This document shows, one piece after another, positions 9,545 to 20,382 of a stretch of 56,909 nucleotides of DNA (within the stretch, counting starts at the first letter, position 1; each line of letters begins with the position of its first letter). A model generated the notes under the pieces. It made no database searches and was not told the origin of the DNA. It was given only the letters and a program-made list of their open reading frames with translations. The DNA is from an uncultured Lentisphaeraceae bacterium (GTDB lineage Bacteria > Verrucomicrobiota > Kiritimatiellia > RFP12 > DVOR01), in contig CAYZIC010000004.1 of the NCBI GenBank assembly GCA_964478335.1, positions 1 to 56,909 of the forward strand, in the 5' to 3' direction. The position numbers and the translations under genes are program-made.

Positions 9545-10504
9545 ATGACAACTTTTATGAAGCTTTTTACAATTCTCTCTCTCGTATTTGTCCTCACGGG
9601 CGATTTGGAGGGCAAGGGTACACCATTTGACGGGATGGCAGCGACGGTCAACCATCAGGTGATCACGATCGATCAGGTGATGGAGGAGTTTCGCAAAGGC
9701 TACAACTTATCGACCGTCCCCCCCGAAGAGCGCGCCCAACGCTTGGCCGAGCTCTATCCCCAGGTGTTGGATTTGCTCATTGAGCGTGCGTTGATTTTGC
9801 AAGCGTATCATGACGCAAGTGGTCAATTGCCTCCCGATGCGCTAGAGAATCACATTCGTGGGATCATCGTGCGTAACTTTAATGGCAATCGCGCCAACTT
9901 GATTGAAGCATTGAAAAAAAGCCGTATCACCTACGAGGATTGGAAAAAGGAGACCGAAGAGATGCTGATCATTTCCTCGATGCGCTATATGCAAGTGGAT
10001 AAAAAGGTCACCATCTCCCCAGCCAAGATCCGCGCCTATTATGCAGCACACAAGGACAGCCTCTCGCTCGAGAGTCAAGTCCACCTCTATGGCATGATGA
10101 TCCCCAAGAGCGATGGCAAAAAAGTCGCCGAATCTGCCCTCAAGCTTGTCCAAGATGGCAAACTCTTTAGCGATGTGGCCAAGAGCTACTCCAAGGATAG
10201 CTTGGCCTCCTCTGGTGGAGACTATGGCATGGTCAAGCCTGCAGACTTAGCACCTGCTATTCAACAAGCCCTGACGACGATCAAACCCGGAGAAATCACC
10301 CAGGTCGTGGAGATTGCGGGCGACTACTACCTCTTTATGAAAGGTAAAGACTCGCAAACGCAGACAGTCACCCTCGCAACCGCCTGGACAAAGATTGAGG
10401 CCGATATGCGCCAACAAGAATCTCAAGCCCGCTATCGTCAATGGATTGATTCTCTCAAACAACACGCCGTCATCACCCTTTCAAAGCCCAACAACAATGA
10501 TTAA
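9545..10504 (+). CDS. SurA-like periplasmic chaperone/parvulin PPIase
   Basis: Signal peptide, AATVNHQVIT, FSDVAKSYSKD..GGDYG; adjacent to rsmA. Confidence 0.8.
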   Translation: MTTFMKLFTILSLVFVLTGDLEGKGTPFDGMAATVNHQVITIDQVMEEFRKGYNLSTVPPEERAQRLAELYPQVLDLLIERALILQAYHDASGQLPPDALENHIRGIIVRNFNGNRANLIEALKKSRITYEDWKKETEEMLIISSMRYMQVDKKVTISPAKIRAYYAAHKDSLSLESQVHLYGMMIPKSDGKKVAESALKLVQDGKLFSDVAKSYSKDSLASSGGDYGMVKPADLAPAIQQALTTIKPGEITQVVEIAGDYYLFMKGKDSQTQTVTLATAWTKIEADMRQQESQARYRQWIDSLKQHAVITLSKPNNND

Positions 10505-11396
10505 TCGCACAAGCCCAACAGAAGTCAAAGCCTGGTGTATCGATCATGGCTTTCATCCCAACAAGGTGCTCGGTCAGAACTTTTTGATCGACAAAAACAT
10601 CCTCGCCTCGATTGTCGATGCCGCCGATCTCTCAGAGGGCGACAAAGTCCTTGAGGTCGGTCCCGGTCTCGGTGTGATGACAGAAGAGATGCTTCAGCGC
10701 AAAACCATCGTCACCGCAGTCGAGAAAGATAAGCGCTTAGCACTCTGGCTTACCGAGTCCCTCTGCCAAGAGTATGCAGACTCCTTTACGCTCATCACCG
10801 CCGATATGCTCGAAGTGCCGTTGCAACCATTGCTCGCGCAGCACTTTGATGCCTTCGTCGCCAACCTCCCCTACTCCGTGGGTACGCGCATTCTCATGGA
10901 GGTCATCCAAGAGGCCGATTCGCCCAAGACGATCGTCACGCTGGTGCAAACCGAGGTGGCCGAGCGCTTTGCTGCGCCCGTCTCGGCCGAAGAACGAGGC
11001 GTTGCGGGCGTTTGGCTCCAGCTCGACTACGATGTCAAGCTCGTGCGCAAAGTCAGCGGCAACTGCTTTTGGCCCAAACCCGAGGTGCAATCCACGGTCG
11101 TAGCGATGACCAAGCATAATCGCTCCACACTCACCCATGAGGAGAAAAAAACCTACCGCCAACTGACCAAGATGGCCTTTTTGTATCGGCGCAAACAGCT
11201 GGGTAAGATTTTGCGCACCGCGCCGAAACCTTTTCAGGTGGCCGATCCAGCGACCTTACTCGAGTCAATCAACCTCTCGACAGACCGCCGCCCAGAAACG
11301 CTCACCGTCGCCGATTGGGAAGCGCTCACCCGAGCCATCCTCCACCAAGGCACCCCGCTCTCGAAAATCTCTACGATCCCAGGTTTTCACCCTTGA
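10497..11396 (+). CDS. rsmA: 16S rRNA dimethyltransferase RsmA/KsgA
   Basis: LGQNFLID, VLEVGPGLG, VANLPY, FWPKPEVQS; likely start is ATG 10497. Confidence 0.95.
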   Translation: MINRTSPTEVKAWCIDHGFHPNKVLGQNFLIDKNILASIVDAADLSEGDKVLEVGPGLGVMTEEMLQRKTIVTAVEKDKRLALWLTESLCQEYADSFTLITADMLEVPLQPLLAQHFDAFVANLPYSVGTRILMEVIQEADSPKTIVTLVQTEVAERFAAPVSAEERGVAGVWLQLDYDVKLVRKVSGNCFWPKPEVQSTVVAMTKHNRSTLTHEEKKTYRQLTKMAFLYRRKQLGKILRTAPKPFQVADPATLLESINLSTDRRPETLTVADWEALTRAILHQGTPLSKISTIPGFHP

Positions 11397-11421
11397 CAGA
11401 TGACACGTATTAGCGTATAGT
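11393..11421 (+). promoter_or_regulatory. Near-consensus sigma70 promoter
   Basis: TTGACA-17 bp-TATAGT. Confidence 0.8.
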
Positions 11422-11485
11422 ATTGCCGTATCCATGCAGTGTTTCATTACATCTACTTTTATTAACATCACCGACTAGGTATCCT

Positions 11486-14400
11486 ATGAAAAAACTCCTA
11501 TTCCTTGCATTAGCCATCTGCGCCTGTGGTCTCCACGCTGCGCAGCTCAACCAATCGCAAAAAGATATCCTTGACCGCACCCATGCGATTAATCCCCAAG
11601 CGCTCAATCGCATGGTCGACGACTGGGAAACGACGTGGGCTCCCTCCACGCAAACAGCTCAAGCGCGCAAGCTCATCAAGCAGCTCCCCCAGCTCAAGCA
11701 AGCCGCCATCAAGGCAATCAACCAGCAGGGGCAAACGGCCGATGCCGAGAAGCTCCTCTTGTCAGTGCGCCGCATGGTATTGCAACTCCCCGTGCTCAAA
11801 GATTTGGAGGTTGTCTCATTCCAAAGAGACTACGGCAAGAATGCCCGTCGCGAAGCCCATCCGGGTCAGGCGCACATGGCCTGCTACAACTTTGCCGAGG
11901 GCAACCGCCGCATCAAGACGACCCTCGTCAAGATCTCCGACTTGACCAAACCCAAGCCAACCATCACCCCGATCTTTACCATGGGCAACAAGTCCATGGT
12001 AAACATGGATCTGCACTTTGATGGCAACAAGATCCTCTACATCGCCCCAGGACCCAATAATCGCCTCAACTTGTGGGAAACCGACCTCAAAACCAAGCAA
12101 CCCAAGATGCTCCTCGCTAAGGATATCGATTACGATGTGACCGATTGCTGCTATTTACCTGATGGCAAGATCATCTTTATGTCGACAGCTGGCGAACAGG
12201 GCCTCCCCTGCGAATCAGGCCGTTTGGCCATGGCCAACTGCTATCGCTTTGACCCCAAAACGGGCAAGATCGACCGCCAGACCTACGACCAAGACTCCAA
12301 CTGGTCTCCCACCATGATGGATGATGGACGCGTCATGTATGTCCGCTGGGAATACTGTGACCAGACACACTTCTTTAGCCGTATCCTCATGACGATGCGG
12401 CCTGACGGCACGGACCAACGTGCCTACTATGGTTCGAATGGTTTTTGGCCAAACCACTATGGCGACCCCAAGCCAATTCCAGGTGCAAATGGACAATTTA
12501 TCTGTGTCGCCACTGGTCACCACACCGCCAAATCTGGCAAGTTGGCTCTCTTTGATGTCTCCAAGGGCCGCAAAGAGGTCGAAGGCTGCGTGCAGCTCAT
12601 TCCGGGATACAAAAATCCCATCCATGCCCCTGTCGAGGACTACCTCTATTCTGGTGCCTGGCCAAAATTCCTCATGCCTACACCGCTGGGCACCTCGCCT
12701 AAAAAAGATGGCGCTGGCCGTTATTTCTTAGTCTCGATGAAAAGCCGCAACACGAGCTTGTGGGGCATTTACCTCGTCGACATCTACGACAACATGACCT
12801 TGCTTTGCGAGCTTGAAAACATGGCCATGACCGAGCCGATCCGCCTTGAAAAACGCCCAACTCCAACCATCTATCCAGATTTCCGTGACGACAGCAAAGA
12901 CACGTGCAATATCCACATCGCCGACATCTACACCGGACCAGGTCTGCGTGGTGTACCGCGTGGCACCGTCAAGCATATCCGTGTCTTCGCCTATCACTAT
13001 GCTTTCCTTAAGACTGGCAGCCACGAAGGCATCGGTACCGAATCCAGCTGGGACGTCAAGTATGTCTTGGGCACCGTTCCCGTCGCGGAGGATGGGTCGG
13101 CCTACTTTGTCGCACCAGCCAATACGCCCCTCTCCTTGCAACCGCTCAATGCTCGCGGAGAAGCCATTCAATTGATGCGCTCATGGCTCGTAGGCATGCC
13201 CGGTGAAAACGTTTCTTGCGCAGGTTGCCACGAAAACGCCAACGCCCTCATCCCTCCAGCACACGCCTTGGATCGTGCGCCAGTAGCCATTACCCCGTGG
13301 CAAGCAGACAAGCGCAAGCCTGGACAGGTGCGCACCTGGAGCTTTTTGCGTGACATCCAGCCCATTTTGACCAAGAATTGCGCCGCTTGCCACAATAGCG
13401 ACTCGGGGAATAAGCAGACCGACACCCGTAAACCCAACTTCGCAGACATCACACCGATGACCTACCCCTATCGCCTCCCCGAAAATAGAGGCATCATGAA
13501 AGGTGGCGCAGGAGCATTTAGCCGTAGCTATCACGACCTCAATCCCTATGTGCGTCGACCAGGACCAGAGTCCGACAACCACTTGCTCAACCCCTATGAG
13601 TACAATGCCAATACGTCTCTCTTAATCCAAATCTTGCGAAAAGGCCACTATGGGGTGACCTTAACCGACACAGAATGGCGCACCCTCTACACCTGGATTG
13701 ACCTCAATGTACCTTTTTGGGGGACGTGGACGGACTTCTCCAAGTACTGGGCCAATGAATCTCACCGCAACTGGATCGGCATCCATGGTCCCAAGCAACA
13801 GCTCCAACGCATGGAAGAATCCCGCGCTCGCCGCACCAAGTGGGCCAAGCTCTACCAAAAATGGGATGGCTCCAACGATCCGGAGGATGATTCCTACGAC
13901 TTTGAAGACGCCAAGTCTGACATCGCTCAAATCACCCCGCAATCACCTACTGGCATCAAAAAAGACGAGGCTAAGCCTGTACCCACGGTCGCCAACTGGC
14001 CCCGACAAGTCAAAATGGGAACTGCTAAAAAAGTCCAAATCCCCGGTGGCGAGATTACATTTCGCAAGATCCCTGCTGGGACATTTATCATGGGTGCTGC
14101 AACAAGCTACCCAGATGAAGAGCCCTGCGCAGTCACCATCAAAAAGGACTTTTGGATGGCTGAGGTCGAATTGCCCAACAAATGCTACACGCAGATGAAT
14201 CCCACCCACTACAGTGGCTACATCGACATCCTCGGCAAAGACCACACCTCGCCAGGCATCGATGCAATGAAGCCTAATCAACCAGTCATCCGCGTCTCTT
14301 GGCAAGAAGCTCAAGCTTACTGCAAGTGGCTCAGCGACAAGCTGGGCAAAACCGTACGCTTGCCCACCGAAGCCGAATGGGAATATGCCGCCCGCGCTGG

Positions 14401-14818
14401 ATCTGACACCCCCTACTACTGGGGCACCGACGAGCTCGACTTCGCCCAACGTGAAAATTTCGCCGACAAATCACTCAACGAATTGCCCACGCAGCGTCAA
14501 GCATTCAACTACTATCTCCGCGAAATGGCAGTCAATGACCATGCCATGACCATCGATCAAGTGTACTCCCGCCAAGCAAACCCCTTTGGCCTGAAGAATA
14601 TGCTCGGCAATGTCGCCGAATGGACCCAGTCGCAGTACAAGCCCTACCCCTACACCACCAATGATGGCCGAAACTCCATCGATGGTACCGAGGATCGCGT
14701 TGCTCGTGGCGGTTCGTGGGATCTCCTTCCACGCTTCTGCACGAGCTCGATGCGTACCCCCTACCATCCCTGGCAGCGCGTCGCCAATGTTGGCATCCGC
14801 TTGGTCATCGAGGACTAG
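11486..14818 (+). CDS. Secreted protein: beta-propeller/hydrazine-synthase-alpha-like region, two CxxCH motifs, C-terminal FGE/SUMF1 domain
   Basis: Signal peptide MKKLLFLALA; YVRWEY, GTVPVAEDGSA, SCAGCHE, NCAACHN, RLPTEAEWEYAARAG, NPFGLKNMLGNVAEW, RGGSW. Confidence 0.8.
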   Translation: MKKLLFLALAICACGLHAAQLNQSQKDILDRTHAINPQALNRMVDDWETTWAPSTQTAQARKLIKQLPQLKQAAIKAINQQGQTADAEKLLLSVRRMVLQLPVLKDLEVVSFQRDYGKNARREAHPGQAHMACYNFAEGNRRIKTTLVKISDLTKPKPTITPIFTMGNKSMVNMDLHFDGNKILYIAPGPNNRLNLWETDLKTKQPKMLLAKDIDYDVTDCCYLPDGKIIFMSTAGEQGLPCESGRLAMANCYRFDPKTGKIDRQTYDQDSNWSPTMMDDGRVMYVRWEYCDQTHFFSRILMTMRPDGTDQRAYYGSNGFWPNHYGDPKPIPGANGQFICVATGHHTAKSGKLALFDVSKGRKEVEGCVQLIPGYKNPIHAPVEDYLYSGAWPKFLMPTPLGTSPKKDGAGRYFLVSMKSRNTSLWGIYLVDIYDNMTLLCELENMAMTEPIRLEKRPTPTIYPDFRDDSKDTCNIHIADIYTGPGLRGVPRGTVKHIRVFAYHYAFLKTGSHEGIGTESSWDVKYVLGTVPVAEDGSAYFVAPANTPLSLQPLNARGEAIQLMRSWLVGMPGENVSCAGCHENANALIPPAHALDRAPVAITPWQADKRKPGQVRTWSFLRDIQPILTKNCAACHNSDSGNKQTDTRKPNFADITPMTYPYRLPENRGIMKGGAGAFSRSYHDLNPYVRRPGPESDNHLLNPYEYNANTSLLIQILRKGHYGVTLTDTEWRTLYTWIDLNVPFWGTWTDFSKYWANESHRNWIGIHGPKQQLQRMEESRARRTKWAKLYQKWDGSNDPEDDSYDFEDAKSDIAQITPQSPTGIKKDEAKPVPTVANWPRQVKMGTAKKVQIPGGEITFRKIPAGTFIMGAATSYPDEEPCAVTIKKDFWMAEVELPNKCYTQMNPTHYSGYIDILGKDHTSPGIDAMKPNQPVIRVSWQEAQAYCKWLSDKLGKTVRLPTEAEWEYAARAGSDTPYYWGTDELDFAQRENFADKSLNELPTQRQAFNYYLREMAVNDHAMTIDQVYSRQANPFGLKNMLGNVAEWTQSQYKPYPYTTNDGRNSIDGTEDRVARGGSWDLLPRFCTSSMRTPYHPWQRVANVGIRLVIED

Positions 14819-14855
14819 GATCCTGCGGCAGCGAATCGCGATCGCCGATAATCAC

Positions 14856-14890
14856 GCAACCCGATCACAAATGTGGTCGGGTTGCTTTTT
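14856..14890 (+). terminator. Rho-independent terminator
   Basis: gcaacccgatcaca-aa-tgtggtcgggttgc followed by TTTTT. Confidence 0.85.
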
Positions 14891-15061
14891 ATTACTGCCC
14901 CCGCTCACGTGCGAGTGTGGGCGGGGTCTGTAATAAAAACAGCGATGCAGCCTCCACAACGCGGATAATTGAGATGAATCAAGAGTTTTGACTTGCCTTT
15001 GATCGGACTTTTTGGTAGTCTTATAGCGTTTTCAATTCACCTCACAAAGGCTCATTAAGAG

Positions 15062-15763
15062 ATGCAAGATCCACAAAAGCAAATTTACGGTTGTCCAGGA
15101 GATTCCGCTCGCAAGCGCGGACTCTTAGTATCATTGGCACCCCTCTTTACGCTTGCCTTTTTATTTGGTGTCGTCTTTGGCTGGATGGGCGGTCTGCTCT
15201 ATGCTCACGACTGGGTCATCTGGTGCGTCTTGGCGCTTTGTGCTGGAGGCTGCTTTGTCTACCGTAAATACTGGCCCACGACAGTGCGAGCGTATACCAA
15301 AGGTGCCCGCGGCGAAGAGGCTGTCGCAGCCGAGCTCAATCGCATTGATGGCATCACCCACCTCTACCACGGCATTCAATTGGCCAACCACGAGGATATC
15401 GACCACATTGCATTAGGCCCCAAAGGGTTTTATTTGATTGAAACAAAGAATTGGTCTGGCAATATCGATCTCTTTGACAATCAAATCACCATCAATGGTC
15501 AGCGCCCACGCCGTGATCCCATTGCCCAATTACGCGCCATGTCTCAAGCGCTCAGCCAGACTTTTCCCAACCTCCCCAAGGTTAAACCGATCCTCTGCTT
15601 TGTCGGGCAATTGATGCCCCAACAGATTGAGATCGATGAAATCACCCTTTTAAGCCACGACCAGTTGCAAAGCTGGTTCGAATCACAACCCGAGATATTA
15701 ACCCCCACCCAAATTGCCCCCATTGCGCATACTCTCTCCAAAGTAAAAGTTGAGGAACTCTAA
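15062..15763 (+). CDS. Membrane-anchored NERD (nuclease-related) domain protein
   Basis: Two TM helices, KGARGEEAV, DIDHIALGPKGFYLIETKNWSG. Confidence 0.85.
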   Translation: MQDPQKQIYGCPGDSARKRGLLVSLAPLFTLAFLFGVVFGWMGGLLYAHDWVIWCVLALCAGGCFVYRKYWPTTVRAYTKGARGEEAVAAELNRIDGITHLYHGIQLANHEDIDHIALGPKGFYLIETKNWSGNIDLFDNQITINGQRPRRDPIAQLRAMSQALSQTFPNLPKVKPILCFVGQLMPQQIEIDEITLLSHDQLQSWFESQPEILTPTQIAPIAHTLSKVKVEEL

Positions 15764-15768
15764 AAATT

Positions 15769-18177
15769 ATGAAACATCTCCCTGTACTCGCTGCCCTCTT
15801 ACTGTCAACCGCTCCGCTTTTTGCAGGCGAATTGACCAAGGCCTCCGTCCACACCACCATCACCCCCATTGTTGCACAAGCAGGCTATGGTGATATCGCT
15901 CGCAATGTCGTCAAGATCCTTGAGCGTCGCCACCTCTCACAAAAGCCGTTTGATGATGAAATGAGCAAAAAGGCCTTTCGCAATCTCCTCGATGCAATCG
16001 ACTATGACCGCATCCTCTTGACCGATGAGGATCTCAAGCCTTTTGCTAGCCGCATCACCCAGATTGATGACGAGCTCAAAGCTGGCAATGTCTCACTCGG
16101 TTACGAGCTGATCAATATCATCCGCAAGAAATTCAACGAACGCTACCAATTCATCCAACGGTCATTTGACAAGCCTTTTGACTTTACCGTAGACGAAAGC
16201 TACCAATGGCGCCGAAAAGAAGCCAAGCGTCCAGCCACTCGAGCCGAGCAAGAGCGCCTCTGGCATCTCGACCTCAAAAACGAAATGCTCGCCATCAAGC
16301 TTGGTAAACAGCTCGATGCCGAAGAGGCCCTACCTGCAGATCCCAAGGCCAAGCTCACCATTGAGATCGACGCTGCAGGCATCTACTCAATCGGTGACAA
16401 AACCTTTGACATCGAGACGCTCGCCCTCATATTCGCCAAAATCGCAAAAGAGCGCCCCACGCAGCCCGTCGTGATTTTGGCCGACAAAGCGGCCCCATTG
16501 TCGACACTTCCCAGTCTGCTCAAGACGTGCCAAGATCTCGGAGTCAACGCCATCACCACCTCGATCAAACCTGCCGATGCCCAAGCCGCCAAGGTCGACC
16601 CGATTCAAGCTAATGAAGCTGCCGAATTGGCCAAGACTCCCCAAGAGCGCATTCTCAAGCGCTATCGCGCCGCACGCAATGCCTTTGCCGAGATGGATTC
16701 AGAGACGGTGCTTCAGCTCTATCTGACCGCAGCCTCAACGGCTTATGATCCGCACACCAATTATCTCTCACCGATGACCCTCGAAGATTTCACCATGCAC
16801 ATGAATTTAACCCTCTGCGGCATTGGTGCCACCCTCCAATACGATGATGGGCTCATCAAGATTGTCGAAGTGATGGATGGCGGCCCAGCGGGTCGTGACA
16901 TGCGTAAAAATCGCCTCGTCGTGGGCGATCGCATCATTGGTGTCGGTCAGGGCGATGGTCCGATCGAGAACATCATGCACAAGCCCCTCAATCGGTCCAT
17001 TCGTAAGATCCGTGGACCCAAGGGGAGCAAAGTCATCCTCAAAGTCATCCCCGCATCTGACAAGAGTGGCCTCTCAACCAAGACGATTGACCTCGTACGC
17101 GATGAAATCAAGCTCGAGGAGCAAGCCGTCTCTGGTCATATCAAGGAGTTCAAACTCCCCAATAGTGGCACCCGTCGCTTTGGCTATGCCAAGATCCCAA
17201 CCTTTTATGCGTCGATGGGCGAGCCCCCCACGAGCAGCAAGTTTAGAAGCGTCACCGCAGACTTGGTTAAGCAGATTGCGGACTTTAATGCCAAGCGCGT
17301 CGATGGTATGATCTTGGATTTGCGCAACAATGGTGGCGGCTCTCTGATCGAAGCCATCCAAATGACCTCACTCTTTGTCTGCGGTCCGGTCGTGCGCATC
17401 AAGGATGCTTGGCGCTCACAAACCCTCAGTGCTCCGCGCATTGACGACTCAGTCGCATTTCGTAAGCCTTTGATCGTATTAATCAACCGTAACTCTGCCT
17501 CTGCATCCGAAATTGTCGCAGGTGCTCTCAAAGACTACGGGCGGGCCATTATTGTCGGCGACAGCCACACTCATGGTAAAGGCACCGTGCAAGACGTTAC
17601 GTCTCTCGATGGGAAAAACTCTGGGTCTGAAAAGATTACCACGGCAAGCTTTTACCGCATCAATGGCTCATCAACCCAGCTTAAAGGAGTCTCAGCAGAC
17701 ATTGTGATCCCCTCAGTTTTTGATGCCTTCAACCGTGGCGAAGACACCCTCAAGGATGCCTTTCCCTGGACTGAGATCACTCCGGCTTTTTATGAGAAGA
17801 TCTCCGACATGAAACCAGTTATCACCCAGCTCAAGCCCAAGAGCCAAGCGCGCTTGCTCGCAGACAAGGACTTTAAGGAAGCCCAAGCGATGATCGCCTT
17901 TATCAAAAAGCTCGAGGGAGAAACCACCATCACCCTTGAGCAAAATAAGCGCTTGATCACGATGAAAGCCGAGCGTAAGATTCGCAAGATCCAAGAAGAC
18001 CTCCTCAATGACTCCCGTAAAAAAGAAGAGGCCAAAGCTAAAGAAGCCAAGCATGACTTTGTCCTGAGAGAGTCTTACATGATCTTAAATGACTACCTCA
18101 ACCTCAATGACAAGACCCGGGATCCCTTTGAAACCAATGGCAACTTAGGCAATCGCTTGATGAACCTCATTAAATAA
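15769..18177 (+). CDS. prc: Carboxy-terminal processing protease (Prc/Tsp, S41A) with an ExbD-like insertion
   Basis: YDPHTNY, GIGATL PDZ, LDLRNNGGGSL, SASASEIVAGA, HGKGTVQ. Confidence 0.9.
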   Translation: MKHLPVLAALLLSTAPLFAGELTKASVHTTITPIVAQAGYGDIARNVVKILERRHLSQKPFDDEMSKKAFRNLLDAIDYDRILLTDEDLKPFASRITQIDDELKAGNVSLGYELINIIRKKFNERYQFIQRSFDKPFDFTVDESYQWRRKEAKRPATRAEQERLWHLDLKNEMLAIKLGKQLDAEEALPADPKAKLTIEIDAAGIYSIGDKTFDIETLALIFAKIAKERPTQPVVILADKAAPLSTLPSLLKTCQDLGVNAITTSIKPADAQAAKVDPIQANEAAELAKTPQERILKRYRAARNAFAEMDSETVLQLYLTAASTAYDPHTNYLSPMTLEDFTMHMNLTLCGIGATLQYDDGLIKIVEVMDGGPAGRDMRKNRLVVGDRIIGVGQGDGPIENIMHKPLNRSIRKIRGPKGSKVILKVIPASDKSGLSTKTIDLVRDEIKLEEQAVSGHIKEFKLPNSGTRRFGYAKIPTFYASMGEPPTSSKFRSVTADLVKQIADFNAKRVDGMILDLRNNGGGSLIEAIQMTSLFVCGPVVRIKDAWRSQTLSAPRIDDSVAFRKPLIVLINRNSASASEIVAGALKDYGRAIIVGDSHTHGKGTVQDVTSLDGKNSGSEKITTASFYRINGSSTQLKGVSADIVIPSVFDAFNRGEDTLKDAFPWTEITPAFYEKISDMKPVITQLKPKSQARLLADKDFKEAQAMIAFIKKLEGETTITLEQNKRLITMKAERKIRKIQEDLLNDSRKKEEAKAKEAKHDFVLRESYMILNDYLNLNDKTRDPFETNGNLGNRLMNLIK

Positions 18178-18185
18178 TCCCCTTC

Positions 18186-20069
18186 ATGTCACTACTTGAT
18201 CAAATCAAATCTCCACACGATGTCCAGCAATTGGCTGAGGCATCGTTGCCTAGTTTAACCTCAGAGATCCGCAACCGCATCATACACTGTGTCTCCAAGA
18301 CTGGTGGACACTTAGCTCCTAGCCTTGGCACGGTCGATCTCACCCTTGCATTGGCTAAAGTATTTGACTTTGACCATGACAAGCTCGTTTGGGATGTTGG
18401 GCACCAAAGTTATGCCTGGAAAATCATCACTGGACGCAATGATCTCATGCCAACCCTCCGCCAATTTAATGGATTACGAGGGTTTCCGTGTCGCGAAGAG
18501 AGCCCCTATGATCATTTTATCGGTGGCCATGCAGGGGTCGCCATCTCTGCGGCACTAGGCATGGCGGCAGCTCGAGATCGCCTAGGACAAAAGCACAGCG
18601 TCATCGCAGTCGTAGGTGATGCGTCATTAACCAATGGCATCTCTCTCGAAGCTCTTAATGCCATTCGACACACGACAGCAAAGTTTATCCTGGTCATCAA
18701 TGACAATCAAATGAGCATCGCTAAAAATGTCGGTGCCGTTTCCCAAGCATTAGCCAAAAGCATCTCTAACTATCGCTACAATCGCATCCGTCAGATGGCG
18801 ATCAATGCTGGGCATACGTTACACTTCACTCGACTCAAAACAGCCTACCACACGGTTAAAAACTTTATTAAGCACATCATCTTGCGCAACCGCTCGGCAA
18901 TCTTTGAGGACTTGGGAATCCGTTATTTAGGTCCCACAGACGGACATGATTTAAATGCGCTGATCAATGCTTTGCGCAGTGCTCAAGAGTCGGATCGTCC
19001 TGTGGTCATCCACATTTCTACAATCAAGGGCAAAGGCTTTAAGCCTGCCGAGCTCAACCCATCCTACTGGCATGGTGTCGGCCCCTTTAATCCCGAGCAA
19101 AAGACCCCGCCCCTCAAGACAACCCAACCCTCTTACTCTGCGACATTCGGTCAAACGCTCTGCGAGTTAGCGAGCAAGTGCCCTGATTTGGTCGCAATCA
19201 CCGCAGCCATGCCTGACGGGACTGGTCTCAGACCGCTCTTTGAGAAGTGTAAATCACAGGCTTTTGATGTCGGCATTTGCGAGGAGCATGCCTGTGTATT
19301 TGCAGCAGGATTGGCAACACAGGGCTTGAGGCCTTTTGTTGCGATTTACTCAAGCTTTATGCAGCGAGCGATCGACTGTATTATGCATGACATTTGCCTG
19401 CAAAAGCTCCCCGTCACACTCTGCCTCGATCGATCAGGTGCCGTCGGTGCTGATGGCCCTACCCATCAAGGGATCTACGATATTGCCATGTTGCGCACTC
19501 TCCCCAATCTGACCATCATGCAACCTGCCTCCTTGGCCGAGCTTGCCCTAATGGTACGCTTTGCGGCAACCTTTAATGGTCCACTTGCAATACGTTATCC
19601 TAAAGGCAATCTCAGTAGCACTGCAACACCATCTCCCATTATACTCGGAGAAGCACAAATCATTACACCGACCACACCTGAAACAACGCTTGCGATTTGG
19701 GCGCTAGGCGATACGGTACCGATTGCCGAAACGATAGCCCAGCACCTCATTGCGCAAGGCATTGAGACCTCCGTGGTCAATGCGCGATTTGTTAAGCCGC
19801 TCGACAAGCGCTTGCTTGCACAGCAAGCTGCCCAATGTACACATCTTGTCACATTTGAGAATGCTGCACTTGCAGGAGGCTTTGGTTCGGCAATCCTCGA
19901 AGCCCTCGCACTGCTCCCCAACCATCCTGCAACCCTTACCCTCGGATGGCCAGACCAGATCATTCCACAAGGCGATGACCTACTCGTGCGCAAGCACTTC
20001 AACCTCCATGACGAGGGTCTACTCGAACAAATCCTCGCCCACATTAACGGCGCTCCCAAACGCGGCTAG
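18186..20069 (+). CDS. dxs: 1-deoxy-D-xylulose-5-phosphate synthase
   Basis: GGHLAPSLG, WDVGHQSY, VVGDASL..NDNQMSI, DVGICEEHA, DGPTHQG. Confidence 0.96.
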   Translation: MSLLDQIKSPHDVQQLAEASLPSLTSEIRNRIIHCVSKTGGHLAPSLGTVDLTLALAKVFDFDHDKLVWDVGHQSYAWKIITGRNDLMPTLRQFNGLRGFPCREESPYDHFIGGHAGVAISAALGMAAARDRLGQKHSVIAVVGDASLTNGISLEALNAIRHTTAKFILVINDNQMSIAKNVGAVSQALAKSISNYRYNRIRQMAINAGHTLHFTRLKTAYHTVKNFIKHIILRNRSAIFEDLGIRYLGPTDGHDLNALINALRSAQESDRPVVIHISTIKGKGFKPAELNPSYWHGVGPFNPEQKTPPLKTTQPSYSATFGQTLCELASKCPDLVAITAAMPDGTGLRPLFEKCKSQAFDVGICEEHACVFAAGLATQGLRPFVAIYSSFMQRAIDCIMHDICLQKLPVTLCLDRSGAVGADGPTHQGIYDIAMLRTLPNLTIMQPASLAELALMVRFAATFNGPLAIRYPKGNLSSTATPSPIILGEAQIITPTTPETTLAIWALGDTVPIAETIAQHLIAQGIETSVVNARFVKPLDKRLLAQQAAQCTHLVTFENAALAGGFGSAILEALALLPNHPATLTLGWPDQIIPQGDDLLVRKHFNLHDEGLLEQILAHINGAPKRG

Positions 20070-20333
20070 CTCTGCGATAGGCACCGTCAGAGCGAGGGAA
20101 TCCTCCCTCCCCATGCCCCAGACTCGTCAGACCTCGCACTTGAAAGCGTATAGGGTAAATGTCTATACCTAGGACACTTGTCGATGCCTAGCGCAACTTG
20201 CCCTCTTTTGTACTTGCCAACCGGGCGGTCACTCATCTCCATCATCTTCCCCCATGGGAAAGCGATAATAGGGAAATCTTTTATTGATATCATTGATTTG
20301 TGATTTTTGTACTTGCATCCACTAAAATCGCAC

Positions 20334-20382
20334 AATAAAAAGTCTCAGCTTGCAACATTTAGCAAGCTGAGACTTTTTTATT
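20334..20382. terminator. Bidirectional terminator between convergent dxs and polA
   Basis: aataaaaa-gtctcagcttgc-N8-gcaagctgagac-ttttttatt. Confidence 0.85.
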
